NCBI GenBank assembly: GCA_044228145.1
Contig: JBGAVL010000002.1
Location: 15-64,014, forward strand
Reading direction: 5' to 3'
From: Candidatus Obscuribacteraceae bacterium
Lineage (GTDB): Bacteria > Cyanobacteriota > Vampirovibrionia > Obscuribacterales > Obscuribacteraceae
DNA length: 64,000 nucleotides
The notes below the pieces were generated by a model. The model was not told where the DNA came from, made no database searches, and worked only from the letters and a program-made list of their open reading frames with translations. Within the stretch, counting starts at the first letter, position 1. The number at the start of each line of letters is the position of its first letter. Below are positions 52,941 through 62,350 of the stretch, piece after piece. Both the position numbers and the translations under genes were made by a program.

Positions 52941-53056
52941 AATTGCGGACTGAAACAGACAATTGCGGCTAAAAGCTTATCTTCGGCTAAAAGCATATCT
53001 GCGATTTAAAGCATATCTGAGGTTTAAAACGCGCATTAGCGGTTAAAACGCGCTTT
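52941..53056. repeat. degenerate tandem array, six units of about 18-21 nt (..GCGG(C/T)TAAAAGC(A/T)TATC.. drifting to ..GGTTAAAACGCGC..)
   Basis: Units start at 52941, 52961, 52982, 53000, 53018 and 53037. The array is intergenic, between the hydrolase gene and the third DUF2029-like gene. Confidence 0.75.
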
Positions 53057-53162
53057 GCGTGCTTCCCCAGCCGCTTGGTCTCCTGCTATCGTGTTTCTGT
53101 TGCGCTTGCGGTTTCAAACAGATCTCGGACGCACAGATCAGATAAACAATCGTGCGGCGGAA

Positions 53163-54470
53163 ATGAAGAAAAATCTCTCTTTAATTGCCTTTGGTTGGGG
53201 ATTTCTCCTCATCTTGCTTTTTATCTTCACCGATCTGACCCAGCAAAAATTCAGCCAGCAAGCCGACTATTTGATGACATATCACACGGCCGGCACGCTG
53301 GTCAGAGAGGGCAGAGCTTCGATGCTCTACCCGCCGGCCGGCGCCACATCCTTCATGGACACGGAATTCGATAAAGCGGCGCATCGCATTCTTCCGGAAT
53401 TGCCGCAGACTTCTCTGGCAGAATACATGTACATGCCGCTTGTGGCCGGTCTTTTCGTGCCATTCAGTTTTTTGCCGCCCGGCTATTCTCTTCTGGCATG
53501 GCAAGTTCTAAGCCTTACGTCTCTAGCCTATTGCGCCTTTTTGATTTCGTCGCACGCGTCGCATACTGATGAGCCAAGTACCCTGGACATAGCGGCCGGA
53601 TGGATTTCGCTGACCTTCCTGCCTGTAGCAATGTCGATCTGGATCGGACAGCTCAGCATAGTATTCGGGCTCCTGCCGCTTGTCGGCGGGCTTTATCTTG
53701 TGCTCAAGCGAAAAGATTTCCAGGCCGGTTTGATATGGTCGCTGGCGGTTTTGAAACCGCAATTCTTCATTGCGGCGCTCATGATGGTGGTTGCACTGGC
53801 CACGGCCAAACGTTTCAAACCGGCTATCGGCATCGTTTGCGGAATCATCGTCATTATCGGTATCAACCTTGTACTGTTCTCACCCGCTCTTTTCAATGAA
53901 TGGCTGACGACGCTGAAGCTTGCTGATGCTGTTTACTCCGACGTCAAGTATGGAGTCGCTCAACACCTCGCCACCAGCCTGCCCAGATCAATTATTCTTT
54001 TGCTGCCGGTATCACAGCATGCCGTGTTCAAACCGTTTATCTATGCCCTCTCAGCCCTCCTGGGCGGCATCGGGCTTTATTTCGCCAGCCGGCTGGTGCG
54101 CTCGTCTCTTTCGGATTCGTTCAAAATATCTCTGGCTGCGATCATCTGTGTGTTTGCAACGCCCATGATTGTTCCGCACGTCTTTTTCTACGATTACACC
54201 ATCTTCGTCGCTGCCGGCTTTCTTGCCTGCGCCTTTGCCTGGCCGGAGTACCTTGATTGGCGTATCCGTTCGCTCACATATGCGACATGGCTCGCCGCCA
54301 ACATTTATGGCGTCATCATGATGGCAAACAAAAATTTTGCTATAGCTATCGTTTTTGTTCTCATAATGCTCGAACTCTATCGCCGCGCCTTGACGACCGG
54401 CAATGCCGCCTTGAAGTACGGAAGCACGCAATCTGAAACAGATAAAGCCGATAAGGCTGCCAGCGATTGA
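53163..54470 (+). CDS. polytopic membrane protein, DUF2029/GT87-like GT-C glycosyltransferase (paralog 3)
   Basis: 435 codons from ATG 53163 (MKKNLSLIAFGWGF; ORF-track start 53055 runs through the repeat array). Multi-TM, with the motif LAVLKPQFFIAAL. Confidence 0.6.
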   Translation: MKKNLSLIAFGWGFLLILLFIFTDLTQQKFSQQADYLMTYHTAGTLVREGRASMLYPPAGATSFMDTEFDKAAHRILPELPQTSLAEYMYMPLVAGLFVPFSFLPPGYSLLAWQVLSLTSLAYCAFLISSHASHTDEPSTLDIAAGWISLTFLPVAMSIWIGQLSIVFGLLPLVGGLYLVLKRKDFQAGLIWSLAVLKPQFFIAALMMVVALATAKRFKPAIGIVCGIIVIIGINLVLFSPALFNEWLTTLKLADAVYSDVKYGVAQHLATSLPRSIILLLPVSQHAVFKPFIYALSALLGGIGLYFASRLVRSSLSDSFKISLAAIICVFATPMIVPHVFFYDYTIFVAAGFLACAFAWPEYLDWRIRSLTYATWLAANIYGVIMMANKNFAIAIVFVLIMLELYRRALTTGNAALKYGSTQSETDKADKAASD

Positions 54471-54727
54471 TTTCGAAAAAAATTTCCAACTCCCTCGCAC
54501 GAGGGGTATGCGCCGATACAGGAAAGCGTAAATTGAAATCAGCCAGAGGTCATTGACCGCCCCCCGGCAAGCATTCGCCGCAAGATAGGGCGCGAGACTC
54601 ACCCCTCGCGCTCGTATCTAGCGAACGCACCTTCTGGTGTCCCCTATAACGGGTTGGGATTGAAGATAAAGGAATATCGGAGATTGGCATCCCGGATGCC
54701 ACGCGAGGTCGCTGATATTCCAAAGAC

Positions 54728-54780
54728 AACGCGAGTCACGAAGAGAGATGCCCACCTCGCTTCGTGACCGCGTTATTTTT
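54728..54780 (+). terminator. strong intrinsic terminator/attenuator hairpin
   Basis: AACGCGAGTCACGAAG (54728-54743) pairs with CTTCGTGACCGCGTT (54760-54774) in a 15-bp stem with one bulge, plus 3 further inner bp. ATTTTT follows, and then immediately GGAGG. Confidence 0.6.
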
Positions 54781-54795
54781 GGAGGTATTGTGCGC

Positions 54796-54930
54796 GTGAG
54801 TTTTGGTGGTAGGTTTCGCTGGTGGATTCTGCCGACCTATCTTGTCAGCTTACAGCGTTTGCGTATTTTGTTGTTGAATCAGACTATCATTGATGAGTAT
54901 CCTCAGCAGTCTATACACAACAGCTCGTGA
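54796..54930 (+). CDS. possible 44-codon upstream ORF (hydrophobic peptide) coupled to the CHASE3 kinase gene
   Basis: GGAGG (54781-54785) lies 10 nt before GTG 54796. The peptide is VSFGGRFRWWILPTYLVSLQRLRILLLNQ... Stop TGA 54928-54930 overlaps the kinase GTG 54927 (GTGA). It may be non-coding. Confidence 0.3.
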   Translation: MSFGGRFRWWILPTYLVSLQRLRILLLNQTIIDEYPQQSIHNSS

Positions 54931-56723
54931 CAGATTCGACAGATTTGACCGACACTAAAAAGCCACTGCTCTCGCCTGATGGCAAAGGGCGCAAGAAGGC
55001 CAGAGTAGATGGCTTTCAGTCGGCGTACACGTCGTTTTTTTCACCGGAGGCGATACTTTCCGCCGGTCTGGTAACTGCCCTGTTGTTGGTCGCTCTAGCG
55101 TCTGTTTCTGCATATCACAATTCATTTCAAGCAATCGAAAGTGAGCGCTCGGCAGAACGCTCGCTTGAGCTTTTAGCAACTTTGGAATCACTCTTTCTTG
55201 TCGTCAGAGATGCCCAGACGCAGGCGGTCGACTATTTGAAACGACCCAATCAAGACGCCCTTGATCGGTATCACCGCGCCACCAAACAATTGGCGCCGCA
55301 TATGAGAAACGCCAAGAAACTTACCGATAATGACACTCGCCGCACCCGGCACACCATGTATTTGGAATGGCTGATTTCCACCTTTGAGCGCCATTACGAC
55401 ATAGCCCTTGCCAACCGAGGCAAGGGAGAACTGGACGAAGATTCCGCAAAAGCAGCAGCCCGCAAGGGCTTCGATATGACGCAGCAAATTCGCAACCGCG
55501 TTGTATACATCGAACTCGAGCAACAAAAGCTTGTCAAAAGCCGAGCCCTTAAATCGGAAAGTGACGCACGCTCAGCAGCAAACGTGTTTGTGGCTCTGGC
55601 TGTCTTTCTTGCCGTGCTGTTTTTGCTGCTCGTCTTCATCATCCGCCGCCATATTCGACTGGTTCAAGCTTCGGCAGAGTCGGCCAGGCGCATCAGTCGC
55701 GAGATTGCCGAGAATGCACCGGTGGGTATCATTCTTCTCGATCAGCAATTGCAAATCGTCAATGCCAATCCGATGATTGCCGACTTTCTGCATTCTAAAG
55801 GTTCTGAACTTCTCGGAAAGAGCATCAGCACACTTCTTCCAGAACTTGGTGATGTTGGATTGAAACATACAGACGAGTCGAGCGCGCCTAAAAAGCGCAC
55901 CGCTCTTAGTATCAAACGACCGACCACCAAAGAAGAACACTTGTTCGACACCACCAGCTGGGCTGTTACGGAAGGCAGTGAACTAAAGGGTTTTATTCTC
56001 TTGCTCCGCGATGTCACTGACGAAGTTCGCCTGTCAAGGCAGAAAGAACTTTTGCTGGAAACAATCGCGCACGATTTGAAAACACCGCTCATCGCGTGTA
56101 ATTACACTGTGGAAGCGCTTTTGTTTGAAGCGGAGAAAACACAAAACAAAGACGAAGAGATGCTGGAAGAGATCAGAGAGAGCATCGAAGACGTACTGAC
56201 GATGGTCAAACAGCTTCTCGAATTCTCTCGCTACGATGATGGCGTCGAGGTATTGAGCTTTGAATACGTAGATCTTGCACCCGCCATCAAAGAAAGCATC
56301 GACGTCGTGCGTCCACTGGCGCAGCACCATGATGTACAACTGGTCGACACGCTAAATGGCGCGAAAATCGCAGTCAGGGCTGACCGCACAGCCATTGTCC
56401 ACCTGGTTTCCAACCTTTGCACAAATGCAGTCAAAATCTCTCCTGCCAATACCAAGGTGGTTGTAAGCGCCACTGTCGACAGCAATTTCGTCAGTGTCAG
56501 CGTTACCGATCAAGGACCCGGGCTCACAGATGAAGATCGCGAAAAAATCTTCCGCCGCTTCGCCAAAGGCGACCGGACCCGAGCCAGCTACGGCAGCAGC
56601 GGCCTGGGACTCTACCTGTGCAATGAAATCGTGCGTCTTTTGGGCGGCGAGATTGTCTTAGAAACCGAAGTCGGCAAAGGCAGCTCTTTCATCATCAAGC
56701 TGCCAATACAGGGAGACAACTAG
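54927..56723 (+). CDS. sensor histidine kinase (TM - CHASE3-like - TM - PAS - HisKA - HATPase_c)
   Basis: The periplasmic region has the CHASE3-like pattern (LESLFLVVRDAQTQAVDYLKRPNQDALDRYHRA). H-box ETIAHDLKTPL. HATPase boxes NLCTNAVKISP, DQGPGLT and GSSGLGLYLCNEIV. Confidence 0.9.
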   Translation: MTDSTDLTDTKKPLLSPDGKGRKKARVDGFQSAYTSFFSPEAILSAGLVTALLLVALASVSAYHNSFQAIESERSAERSLELLATLESLFLVVRDAQTQAVDYLKRPNQDALDRYHRATKQLAPHMRNAKKLTDNDTRRTRHTMYLEWLISTFERHYDIALANRGKGELDEDSAKAAARKGFDMTQQIRNRVVYIELEQQKLVKSRALKSESDARSAANVFVALAVFLAVLFLLLVFIIRRHIRLVQASAESARRISREIAENAPVGIILLDQQLQIVNANPMIADFLHSKGSELLGKSISTLLPELGDVGLKHTDESSAPKKRTALSIKRPTTKEEHLFDTTSWAVTEGSELKGFILLLRDVTDEVRLSRQKELLLETIAHDLKTPLIACNYTVEALLFEAEKTQNKDEEMLEEIRESIEDVLTMVKQLLEFSRYDDGVEVLSFEYVDLAPAIKESIDVVRPLAQHHDVQLVDTLNGAKIAVRADRTAIVHLVSNLCTNAVKISPANTKVVVSATVDSNFVSVSVTDQGPGLTDEDREKIFRRFAKGDRTRASYGSSGLGLYLCNEIVRLLGGEIVLETEVGKGSSFIIKLPIQGDN

Positions 56724-56750
56724 GCTAGCTGCTGGGACTGCTTTGAAAAA

Positions 56751-57356
56751 ATGACTTACATACATTCACTTCAAAAAATACTATTGGTTACGACTCTACT
56801 CGGTGTGTGTTCGGCACGAGCTGCTTCTCCTGCTGCATCACTAGACCAAATTGCGGAAAAGGCTTCCGCCAATGAATATAGAAAACTTCTGAATACTTCT
56901 CTAAAGATGGAAGACTGCTGGTTTGAGCGCGTCACACCGTTCTTTCCAGATGCTTGGCCGCTTGCAGTGAACGGCAAACTAGTCAGTTATAGTTATTTGC
57001 ATCAAACAGGTGGAATCACAGACGGAGAGAGGCTAAAGGGTCCGTGGTGCAAAATAACCATAAACCCCCTTGATCCAGCGGCAACTCTCCGCATCGTTAG
57101 ACTTAAGTATGCAAATGTGAATACAGACGTGCAAGGTGTCCATCCATCGTCCGCAAGTGAGTTGAGGATTCACAAGACACAGGGAAGTGTCTACCAGATT
57201 CTCACTTCTATGTTCAAAGGCGAGAAGGCTACGAAGGCTGATTTGTCTGCGGTCAAACAATTCTATCGCTCTTGGCGAAGCAATAACGGCGTAATCGCGA
57301 AAAACATCAGTACCGAGCAAAAGTCATTTTTCAACTGGCTCGACTCGAAAGAATGA
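56751..57356 (+). CDS. secreted hypothetical protein
   Basis: Signal peptide ILLVTTLLGVCSARAASPAAS. 201 codons. No family recognised. Confidence 0.55.
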   Translation: MTYIHSLQKILLVTTLLGVCSARAASPAASLDQIAEKASANEYRKLLNTSLKMEDCWFERVTPFFPDAWPLAVNGKLVSYSYLHQTGGITDGERLKGPWCKITINPLDPAATLRIVRLKYANVNTDVQGVHPSSASELRIHKTQGSVYQILTSMFKGEKATKADLSAVKQFYRSWRSNNGVIAKNISTEQKSFFNWLDSKE

Positions 57357-57409
57357 ATCCGACTGCCTTTACATGGCTTGACGAAGAGGCGAATCTGCGA
57401 TTTCTTGTT

Positions 57410-58081
57410 CTAAATAATCCCGGCTCTGAGCGCTTTGATTGCGGCTTGCGTGCGATCGCTGACTGCCAACTTTCCTAGAATGCTCTTGATGTGTGTTTTA
57501 ACTGTCTCAATGCCGATGCCCATGCGAGCGGCAATATCGGAGTTGGACAGACCATCGACGAGCAATTCCAAGACTTCCACTTCCCTTTTTGAAAGCGGCT
57601 CATAGACGATTTGCTGCTCTGCAGGCAGCTTTTGGGATATCAAAGTAGAAGCGGTGGTCGGCAAAACTTTCAGGACTTTGGCGGCGATGACTGCATCAAG
57701 CCAGAGATCTCCGCCTTTTACGGTCTGCACAATCTGCGGAAACTTTCTGAAATCGCTATCCTTCAGACAATAGCCGTTTGCGCCAGCCGCCAGTGATGCA
57801 AAAATATCTCGCTCGTTATTGTGCGAAGTAAGCATGATGATTTTCGCCGACGGCTCTTTCTCGCGCATCATGCGACAGGCCTCGATGCCGTCCATGACCG
57901 GCAAACCAACGTCAAGCAGCACGACGTCCGGCTTCAACTTAACGCACATTTCGACGCCTTCACGTCCATCGGAAGCTTCACCGACAATCTCAATGGAGCG
58001 GTCGCTCTCCAGCAAGCGCCTGAGTGATTTCCGCATGTGCGGATGATCTTCTACCAGCAAAACTCTGACTTTTTCGTCCAT
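57410..58081 (-). CDS. NarL/FixJ (LuxR-type HTH) response regulator
   Basis: VRVLLVEDHPHMR, DVVLLDVGLPVMDG, IIMLTSH and C-terminal LSKREVEVLELLVDGLSNSDIAARMGIGIETVKTHIKSILGKL. Confidence 0.93.
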   Translation of the reverse strand: MDEKVRVLLVEDHPHMRKSLRRLLESDRSIEIVGEASDGREGVEMCVKLKPDVVLLDVGLPVMDGIEACRMMREKEPSAKIIMLTSHNNERDIFASLAAGANGYCLKDSDFRKFPQIVQTVKGGDLWLDAVIAAKVLKVLPTTASTLISQKLPAEQQIVYEPLSKREVEVLELLVDGLSNSDIAARMGIGIETVKTHIKSILGKLAVSDRTQAAIKALRAGII

Positions 58082-58209
58082 CGAAATTCAAACTCAAAAC
58101 GGCGCTTCACGCTCTGGATACACTAGCATACTGGGGCATTCCTGGCCTGTTACACAAACAGAGCAGTCGAAACCTCTGCCCTGTTTGCTCGTTCAAACAC
58201 ATCGCCTAT

Positions 58210-60186
58210 CTATGGACCCGCGCTCGCGCCGATTTCCATCAACTTGTAGCGCGGTCCGGCCAGCACTGCAAGTGGCAGCGGTGCCGCCAAAACAGGAATT
58301 TGTTTTCTAAATCTGACATCGACATCCGTGCCGTTGGTCGTGTAGGTCGGACGGGCTGCGCCACCTGCCGGTCCATTGGTGTAATTCGTGACTGGCGGCG
58401 ATGGAACCATGCCCTGACCGAAGTCATTATCCGGTCCGACTACCCAATTGGGCGTGGTGGGAGGATAAATCAAGGTAATCAATCCGTACGGACCGAGGAC
58501 TGCCACACCTGACGGTATGACGCCAAGCAGCCCACCGCTCCAGGGATTGCCTTGTATGCCAATGATGCCCAAGATGCTTGCACCGGTTGGGGTCCAGGTG
58601 ACCGTTCCGCCGTAAGTTCCACCGGTGCCGCTCATTCCTGCGGCAAGCGCGGCTGCATAAACCGGGTTATCCAGAGGCTCTCCACCATGTTTGCCGCCAT
58701 TGACGCGACCGCGAATATTGACTTGATCGCGGACGATAATGTCGTATTTAACGGGCTCGCTGCTGATTAGGGCCGCTTTTGAAACTGCCACGAATTGGTT
58801 TTCGCTGGCTGTCATGATCGGGATTGGCTGAATGGATACTTGCCCGGTGCGCACGGTCCCGTCAGCATTGAATCCAAACAAATTAGCATGCCCTTTTGTA
58901 CCGGCGACCATTGTCGGGAAGGGCGCCGCGATTGCTGCTTTGACTGAGTTGATGTCTACCTTGGTGCCACCGCGCCGCAACCAATCGTAGAAAGTACTGC
59001 TCCAGATGATCGTTATAGGCGTGGTAGTGGACGCGCCACCGCCACCAGTGGCAGACCAGGTACTGGGCGTCAGCGTACCGCCACCACCGGGATAATCACC
59101 GCCAAGCGGAGTCAAGATCTGCGTATCTTTAGAAGGAGACAAAAACTGTGGCTCAGTCCAGAGGTTACCGAGACTGGCTACCTCTGGTGGTCTTCCATCC
59201 GGAAAACTGATCGAGAGAATGCCGGGAGCGGGCTTTGGATCGTAAACGTTGAAAGGTTGGGCACAGGCGGCTGCATGTTGAACACCTTTATGAACATTAG
59301 AACCGTCTGTTGTGGAAATCATTTGATCGCCTTCCGCTCTCACGATAGAGGGAATGACGTATGGGAGCGAAGCGATTGTCTTTGAGAATCTGTTGTTGTC
59401 GACTATGGTCGCGCCTTCCGCAATGCCGGCAAATACAAAATTTTTGTCGCCGAATGGAACATTCGTATAAGACTTATAGAAATTTCCGATCTTTTGAGTG
59501 CTGCTGACGCTGCTCAACGTGTCCGGTTTGGGAATCGGGATATTTGTGCTGCTGCCGCCGACTATGCAGCCAAGCGAGAGTTTGAGCGAGCCTTCCACGA
59601 ATTTGGAATTGCCGGTTTGCCTGATCACATTGGCTTTATAAGCTTGAACTGCGGAATCATACGGATCGACAACGGCGCCGTCTTTGTCTCTTGGTACTGT
59701 CGAGCCACCACTGGCACCGGTGACGGACACTTCCAAAACATTCACCAGCCGGTCTTTCGCCAGCATGACGTTGTCATAGTCTCTTTCGATAAATTCTTTC
59801 ATGACCGGATCATTTAGCTGATCGGCAACAATCAGATCGAGCCGAATTGTCCCCAATAGCGTATTGATACCGTGCACCGGCATGAAGTATCTGTCGCCGG
59901 CACTGGTATTGGTGCCGACCGGTGCAGCGTCGGATAAGGAAACGAAGCCGAAATTGGGATCTTCAACGACTATACGACTCAAGTCTTTAGCAGCAGCCAG
60001 AGCGGCGCTTTCAATTGCCGTACGCTGTTCGCTATGCGATCCAAGAATGCGAATATATCCCAACATAAACAGGATAACGGCAACCACCAACCCGGCCAAA
60101 ATGGCAACCACAAGGACAATCATGTTGCCCTTCTGGCGACTGGAAATTTTTGACGGGCGCTGGCTCTGTCTTGTCTGGCGTTTCAT
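58210..60186 (-). CDS. TadG/TadE-like N-terminal domain protein (Flp-pilus-associated pseudopilin-like), large Gly/Thr/Pro-rich extracellular region
   Basis: The N-terminus QKGNMIVLVVAILAGLVVAVILFMLGYIRILGSHSEQRTAIESAALAAAKDL is typical of the Tad_N (TadG-like) module. ATG 60186 preceded by AAGGG. Confidence 0.6.
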   Translation of the reverse strand: MKRQTRQSQRPSKISSRQKGNMIVLVVAILAGLVVAVILFMLGYIRILGSHSEQRTAIESAALAAAKDLSRIVVEDPNFGFVSLSDAAPVGTNTSAGDRYFMPVHGINTLLGTIRLDLIVADQLNDPVMKEFIERDYDNVMLAKDRLVNVLEVSVTGASGGSTVPRDKDGAVVDPYDSAVQAYKANVIRQTGNSKFVEGSLKLSLGCIVGGSSTNIPIPKPDTLSSVSSTQKIGNFYKSYTNVPFGDKNFVFAGIAEGATIVDNNRFSKTIASLPYVIPSIVRAEGDQMISTTDGSNVHKGVQHAAACAQPFNVYDPKPAPGILSISFPDGRPPEVASLGNLWTEPQFLSPSKDTQILTPLGGDYPGGGGTLTPSTWSATGGGGASTTTPITIIWSSTFYDWLRRGGTKVDINSVKAAIAAPFPTMVAGTKGHANLFGFNADGTVRTGQVSIQPIPIMTASENQFVAVSKAALISSEPVKYDIIVRDQVNIRGRVNGGKHGGEPLDNPVYAAALAAGMSGTGGTYGGTVTWTPTGASILGIIGIQGNPWSGGLLGVIPSGVAVLGPYGLITLIYPPTTPNWVVGPDNDFGQGMVPSPPVTNYTNGPAGGAARPTYTTNGTDVDVRFRKQIPVLAAPLPLAVLAGPRYKLMEIGASAGP

Positions 60187-60562
60187 ACTCAACCCTTTAT
60201 GTTCAAGCGGACAGGAAGTGAGACCCCTCCGGCTATCACTATTAATAGGGCAATTCCCACCTGAAAAATTCCCTCAGATGAGGGAATGGAAAAAATTCCC
60301 TGAGAAACGGTTTTTACTGAGTCCCGGGCGACCATCACCCCCAATCGTAATCCAGATCAGCGCTTTCAGATTGCATATGAGGAAAAAGGTACTTTATTGA
60401 CATTTCTACCCTATAGCTTTCTATAGCCGCTTCCATAATCACAATCGATAAGACTCTACGTAGAATAGGCGAGAGACGCTATCTGCGATAGGTTGGACAT
60501 TAGGAGCCTCCAGAGCGTGAAAGCGCGAGTGCGAGAGCTTATAAAATAGGAGAATGTTCAGA

Positions 60563-60784
60563 ATGCCTTACTACAGTGCCGTCATATCCACGTTCGTCAG
60601 AGATTTTCTGCCGATGGTGGTTTTAGTATCACTTGTCTTTATCCAACCCGCCTCAGCCTACGTCGACCCGTCCACGGGCAGCTATATGCTCCAGCTGGGT
60701 ATGGGTTTCCTCTTTGGCGCCCTGTTTTCAATCAAAGCCTTCTTCAAGCGCATTTCGTCCAAACGAAATGAGAGGAAAGACTAG
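60563..60784 (+). CDS. small membrane peptide (signal-like helix - YVDPSTGS motif - TM helix - basic tail)
   Basis: 73 codons from ATG 60563 (AGGAGA 10 nt upstream). It ends 2 nt before the methyltransferase gene. Confidence 0.45.
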   Translation: MPYYSAVISTFVRDFLPMVVLVSLVFIQPASAYVDPSTGSYMLQLGMGFLFGALFSIKAFFKRISSKRNERKD

Positions 60785-60786
60785 AA

Positions 60787-62172
60787 ATGACTACTCCTCA
60801 GCCTCTTTCATCCTCATTTCGCGATCCCAATGGATTCGTTTTCGAGGAGGGGGGACACTTATACCGCAAAGTGCGTGTCTCCTACAGCGAAAATTACAAA
60901 CAACTGATTCATTCAGGACTCTACGTGACACTGGTAGGCAAAGGCCTTTTAGTTGCTCACGAAGACTCGGATATTGAAGTCAATCGCACCGGCAGCACCT
61001 TTAAGATCTTGAAGCCCGCTCGCGTTCCATTCATTTCATATCCTTACGAATGGAGTTTCAGTCAACTCAAATCGGCCGCGCTTGCCACACTGCAAATCCA
61101 GAAGTACTCCATCGAAAGCGGCATGACGCTAAAAGATGCCAGCGCATATAACATTCAATTTTTTGGCATCACGCCCTCATTGATCGATACTTTGTCGTTT
61201 GAAATTTATGAACCTGGCACCCCCTGGTCAGCATATCGGCAGTTCTGCCAGCATTTCCTGGCCCCTCTGGCGCTCATGGCTTACGTCGATTTACGCTTGA
61301 GCGCTTTGATCCAAAATCACATTGATGGCATTCCTCTAGATCTGGCCTGCAAATTGCTTCCCAAAAGAGCGATGTTGAACGCCAACTTGCTGATGCATCT
61401 CTACCTGCATTCGAGTATGCAAAACAAATTCGAGGGCACGGCCGCAAATGACAAGAAAAGGCTGTTTCCCAAACAAGCGCTACTCGGTCTGATTGACTCA
61501 CTTGAAGCAGCCATACTCAGCATTCATTTACCCAAGTGCCAATCAAACTGGTCCGAATACTATGACTGCAACAGCTATAGTGCCGAGACTACCGAGAAGA
61601 AATTAGTGACAGTGCGCGACATGCTGATGAAAACCAAACCGAAAACAGTTTTTGACTTCGGCGCCAACTGCGGGCGCTACAGCAGAGTGGCCGCCGATCT
61701 AGGAGCGATGACTGTTTCACTGGACATGGACCCGCTTTGCGTGCAAAAGAATTTTCTCGACGCAGCGTCCCATCACGACAATCGCATTCTCCCCTTGGTC
61801 ATCGATCTGACAGCTCCGACGCCCAGCATAGGCTGGTCGAATAACGAGCGCTCCAGCTTGATCGAACGCGGCCCATGCGACACTGGACTTGCACTGGCGC
61901 TGGTGCATCACCTGGCCATCGCGAACAACGTACCATTTGCGCGCATCGCTGAATTTTTCTCTCTGCTTTGCAAGCATTTGATCATCGAATTCGTCCCCAA
62001 ATCCGATGTGCAGGTAAAGAGGCTTCTAGCCAGCCGCAAGGACATTTTCGAAGCGTATACGCAAGATCATTTCGAAGAAGCATTCCACAAATTCTTCGAA
62101 ATCATGGAAGCAAAACCACTGGAATATTCAGGTCGCATCGTTTATCTGATGAAGTTGCGCGAGACGCAGTAG
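60787..62172 (+). CDS. class I SAM-dependent methyltransferase-like protein
   Basis: N-terminal FRDPNGFVFEEGGHLYRKV..SGLY..L...GLLV.HE. SAM motif I-like VFDFGANCGRYSRVAADLGAMTVSLDMDP. ATG preceded by GAGAGGAAAG. Confidence 0.7.
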   Translation: MTTPQPLSSSFRDPNGFVFEEGGHLYRKVRVSYSENYKQLIHSGLYVTLVGKGLLVAHEDSDIEVNRTGSTFKILKPARVPFISYPYEWSFSQLKSAALATLQIQKYSIESGMTLKDASAYNIQFFGITPSLIDTLSFEIYEPGTPWSAYRQFCQHFLAPLALMAYVDLRLSALIQNHIDGIPLDLACKLLPKRAMLNANLLMHLYLHSSMQNKFEGTAANDKKRLFPKQALLGLIDSLEAAILSIHLPKCQSNWSEYYDCNSYSAETTEKKLVTVRDMLMKTKPKTVFDFGANCGRYSRVAADLGAMTVSLDMDPLCVQKNFLDAASHHDNRILPLVIDLTAPTPSIGWSNNERSSLIERGPCDTGLALALVHHLAIANNVPFARIAEFFSLLCKHLIIEFVPKSDVQVKRLLASRKDIFEAYTQDHFEEAFHKFFEIMEAKPLEYSGRIVYLMKLRETQ

Positions 62173-62350
62173 TGAGGCGTTTCATGCGCCCAAAATCGTA
62201 GTGGCGCTGTGCATCATGTGTTGCTTGAAAATTGTAATTTTGCCTGATGCATGGACACAAATGCACAGTCACTGGCACTCCGAAAAACAAAATTTTTCGG
62301 AGTGCATGCGCAGGATTCAATACAAAGGGCCCCGGGGTTTTGGCAGTTGC

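Noticed and set aside
52941-53056. CRISPR array
   Set aside because: The units are contiguous, with no unique spacers, and only 18-21 nt long. Their consensus drifts, and no cas genes are present in the window. The same reasoning applies to 48366-48427.
53055-53162. N-terminal extension of the third GT87-like ORF (ORF-track start 53055)
   Set aside because: The extension is translated from the tandem-repeat array and the region following it. The paralog-like N-terminus and first TM helix begin at ATG 53163 (MKKNLSLIAFGWGF).
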